Assembly: GCA_002633005.1 (NCBI GenBank)
Contig: NMRA01000050.1
Coordinates: 575,353-639,352 of the forward strand
DNA length: 64,000 nucleotides
Direction of reading: 5' to 3'
Source: Phoronis australis
Taxonomy: Eukaryota; Animalia; Phoronida
The position numbers and the translations under genes are program-made. Positions 62,075 to 64,000 of the stretch are shown one piece after another (the first letter of the stretch is position 1; each line of letters begins with the position of its first letter). The notes beneath the pieces are model-generated. The model saw nothing but the letters and a program-made list of their open reading frames with translations. It was not told where the DNA came from and searched no databases.

Positions 62075-62317
62075 TGTGCAGTGCTGCAGTACTGTGCAGT
62101 GCTGTGCAGTGCTGCAGTACTGTGCAGTGCTGCAGTACTGTGCAGTGCTGCAGTACTGTGCAGTGCTGCAGTACTGTGCAGTGCTGCAGTACTGTGCAGT
62201 GCTGCAGTACTGTGCAGTGCTGCAGTACTGTGCAGTGCTGCAGTACTGTGCAGTGCTGCAGTACTGTGCAGTGCTGTGCAGTGCTGCAGTACTGTGCAGT
62301 GCTGCAGTACTGTGCAG
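62075..62317 (+). repeat. 18-bp minisatellite, about 13 copies
   Basis: GTGCAGTGCTGCAGTACT in tandem. Confidence 0.97.
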
Positions 62318-62491
62318 ATACCGTGTTAAAGAAGTGTAGTTACACAACAAGACATAAAGATTTTGCTGCTACAGTAGTTTGTAACTTGATGTCAATCTTA
62401 TTGATCCCAGTGCGTACTTGATGATGGGTACAGCGTTAAAGTACAATGTTTCTCTCTGGCTTTATCTGTACTGCGAATCTTGTTTTTGCAG

Positions 62492-62606
62492 GTGTAAAAG
62501 TGGCATACCTAAGGAGTTGCTGATGGACAAGAGACTGTACTCCACACAGCTGGCCCCTGATGAGAGGGCTAAACACGCGTATTACTGTCAGAAATGGCAG
62601 GATGAG
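62492..62606 (+). CDS. TTLL4: TTLL4 exon (last seen in window; gene continues)
   Basis: Acceptor tttttgcag, CKSGIPKELLMDKRLYSTQLAPDERAKHAYYCQKWQDE, donor GAG|GTTGGT, phase 2/0. Confidence 0.88.
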
Positions 62607-62789
62607 GTTGGTAAAAAAATGAGATGGACAATCGTAGTCTGTAATTTGGGTTGTGAGTGCTGAACATGCCTACTAATGTCAGAAATGGCAGGATGAGGTT
62701 GGTAACAACATGAGTTGGACAACCATAGTCTGGTCAGAAAATAGAGCTCATCTGTGTTAGTTGTTGCTTGATAAATCATTCTTATTCTT

Positions 62790-64000
62790 AATTATGCTAC
62801 CACATACTTATATTTGGGTGCATATTGCCGTCATCTCTGTCTGGGCGTCCGTGGCTGTATCTCCTAAATCCCTTGCAGGATCTTATTGAAATTTGGCAGG
62901 TGTGTTCCTATGGGGTTGACGACAGAGGGTGATGAGTTTCGGACCGACCCAAATACCGCTGTGCCCTCTAGTGGCAATTTTAGTTTTTTACGTTTGCCTC
63001 TATCTTCAAAGGTCCTTAACCGATTTTCATGAAATTTGGCACATAGGCATATACTAATGAGATGGTGCTATCCTTTCGTTTTCGGATCGATTCGAGGTAT
63101 TTTGAGTCACCTAGTGGTCATTTTTAGTGTTTCAAGTGTGTTTTTGGCGTCCGTCCCTCCATCAACCAAGCCGCTCAAAGGATTGCGAAAATTGTCATGT
63201 ATGTTTTTACAATGAAGTGGACAGCTGACGATGGTTTTCCGACTTCAACTACTGTGGTGCCCCCTAGTGGCAATTTTGTTTTTTTTCCATCTATAGCTGT
63301 ATCTCCTAAACTGGTCGCAGGATCTTTACTAAATTTAGGAAGTGTATTTATATGATGTTAATAACGCAGGACGACTTTCGGACAGAGCTTTATTTATTAT
63401 TTTACGTTTACCTCTGTATTTTCAAAGGTCCTCAACGCATTTTCATAAAATTTGGCATACAGGCATCAGTTAATGAGTTGACGCTATCTCTCCATTTTCA
63501 AATGGATTCGACCTAGTTTGCGCCACCTAGTGGCCATTTTTACTGTTTTCGAGCATCCACTCGTTTATAAGCCAAACTGCTTTCAGGATAATTGTGAAAA
63601 TTGGCATGTATGTTTTAACTAGTATGAAGTGGACAGCTGACGATAATTTTCCGACGACTTTGACTGCTGTGGCACCTCCTGTTGGCAGTTTTTTTTGCGC
63701 TCATGGCTGTATTTCCTAAGCCGTTTGCAGGATCTTTACTTAATTTAGCAAGTGTATTTATATGATGTTGACAACGGACAACGATGACTTTCGAACGCAT
63801 CTGAGCACTGGTGTGCCCCCTAATGGCAATTTTAGTTTTTTACGTTTACCTCTGTATCTTCAAAGGTTCTCAACAGATTTTCATAAAATTTTGAATATAG
63901 GCATCTATTGAAGGGATGATGCTTTGCTCCTGTTTTGGATGGAATCGAGGTATTTTGTGCCACCTAGTGGCCATTTTTGCTGTTTTCAAACCCTGGTTTT
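62790..64000 (+). mobile_element. Helentron-associated (HINE/DINE-1-like) repeat with ~420-bp internal tandem units, running off the window
   Basis: TTATG start, GTC(C/T)-type microsatellite remnant, recurring AAATTTGGC and CACCTAGTGG (about 63110, 63525, 63961). Confidence 0.65.

Noticed and set aside
62060-62421. Cys-rich repetitive ORFs resembling metallothionein or keratin-associated proteins
   Set aside because: Translations of an 18-bp minisatellite that is open in several frames on both strands.

Overview
This is eukaryotic DNA from an invertebrate animal. It has GT-AG introns, one 604-nt N gap and three single-N contig joins, and no prokaryotic operons, rRNA or CRISPR. Two protein-coding genes lie head-to-head. 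(1) On the minus strand is a BTB-BACK-Kelch (kelch-like) gene with 5 coding exons from 24158 to 749, about 534 aa, with all splice phases consistent. (2) On the plus strand is a tubulin glutamylase TTLL4 orthologue, with confident exons from 48765 to 62606 and the gene running out of the window. Its candidate 5' exons are at about 38.6-39.4 kb and 46.8 kb. The kelch introns and the intergenic DNA (1.3-35 kb) form a dense, nested set of non-autonomous DNA transposons, which I delimited by terminal inverted repeats (TIRs) and target-site duplications (TSDs): Kolobok-like (TTAA), P-like (7-bp TSD), ISL2EU-like (AT) and Harbinger-like (CTG). At least 8 carry decayed THAP zinc-finger 5' ends. TTLL4 introns hold an IS3EU-like element (6-bp TSD), palindromic MITEs, minisatellites and a Helentron-associated repeat. 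I see no intact novel multi-gene system. The best unexplained structure is the 37.5-39.3 kb block upstream of TTLL4, which lacks recognisable transposon ends. It contains an old ~520-bp tandem duplication with hairpins at equivalent positions, and a duplicated first-exon module that keeps an 8-codon uORF (MADGG-x-N-[DE]-stop) and a splice donor in both copies. The 534-bp duplication inside the large TTLL4 exon is most likely an assembly artefact. All calls come from reading the sequence by eye; superfamily names rest on recalled TIR/TSD signatures, not database searches.
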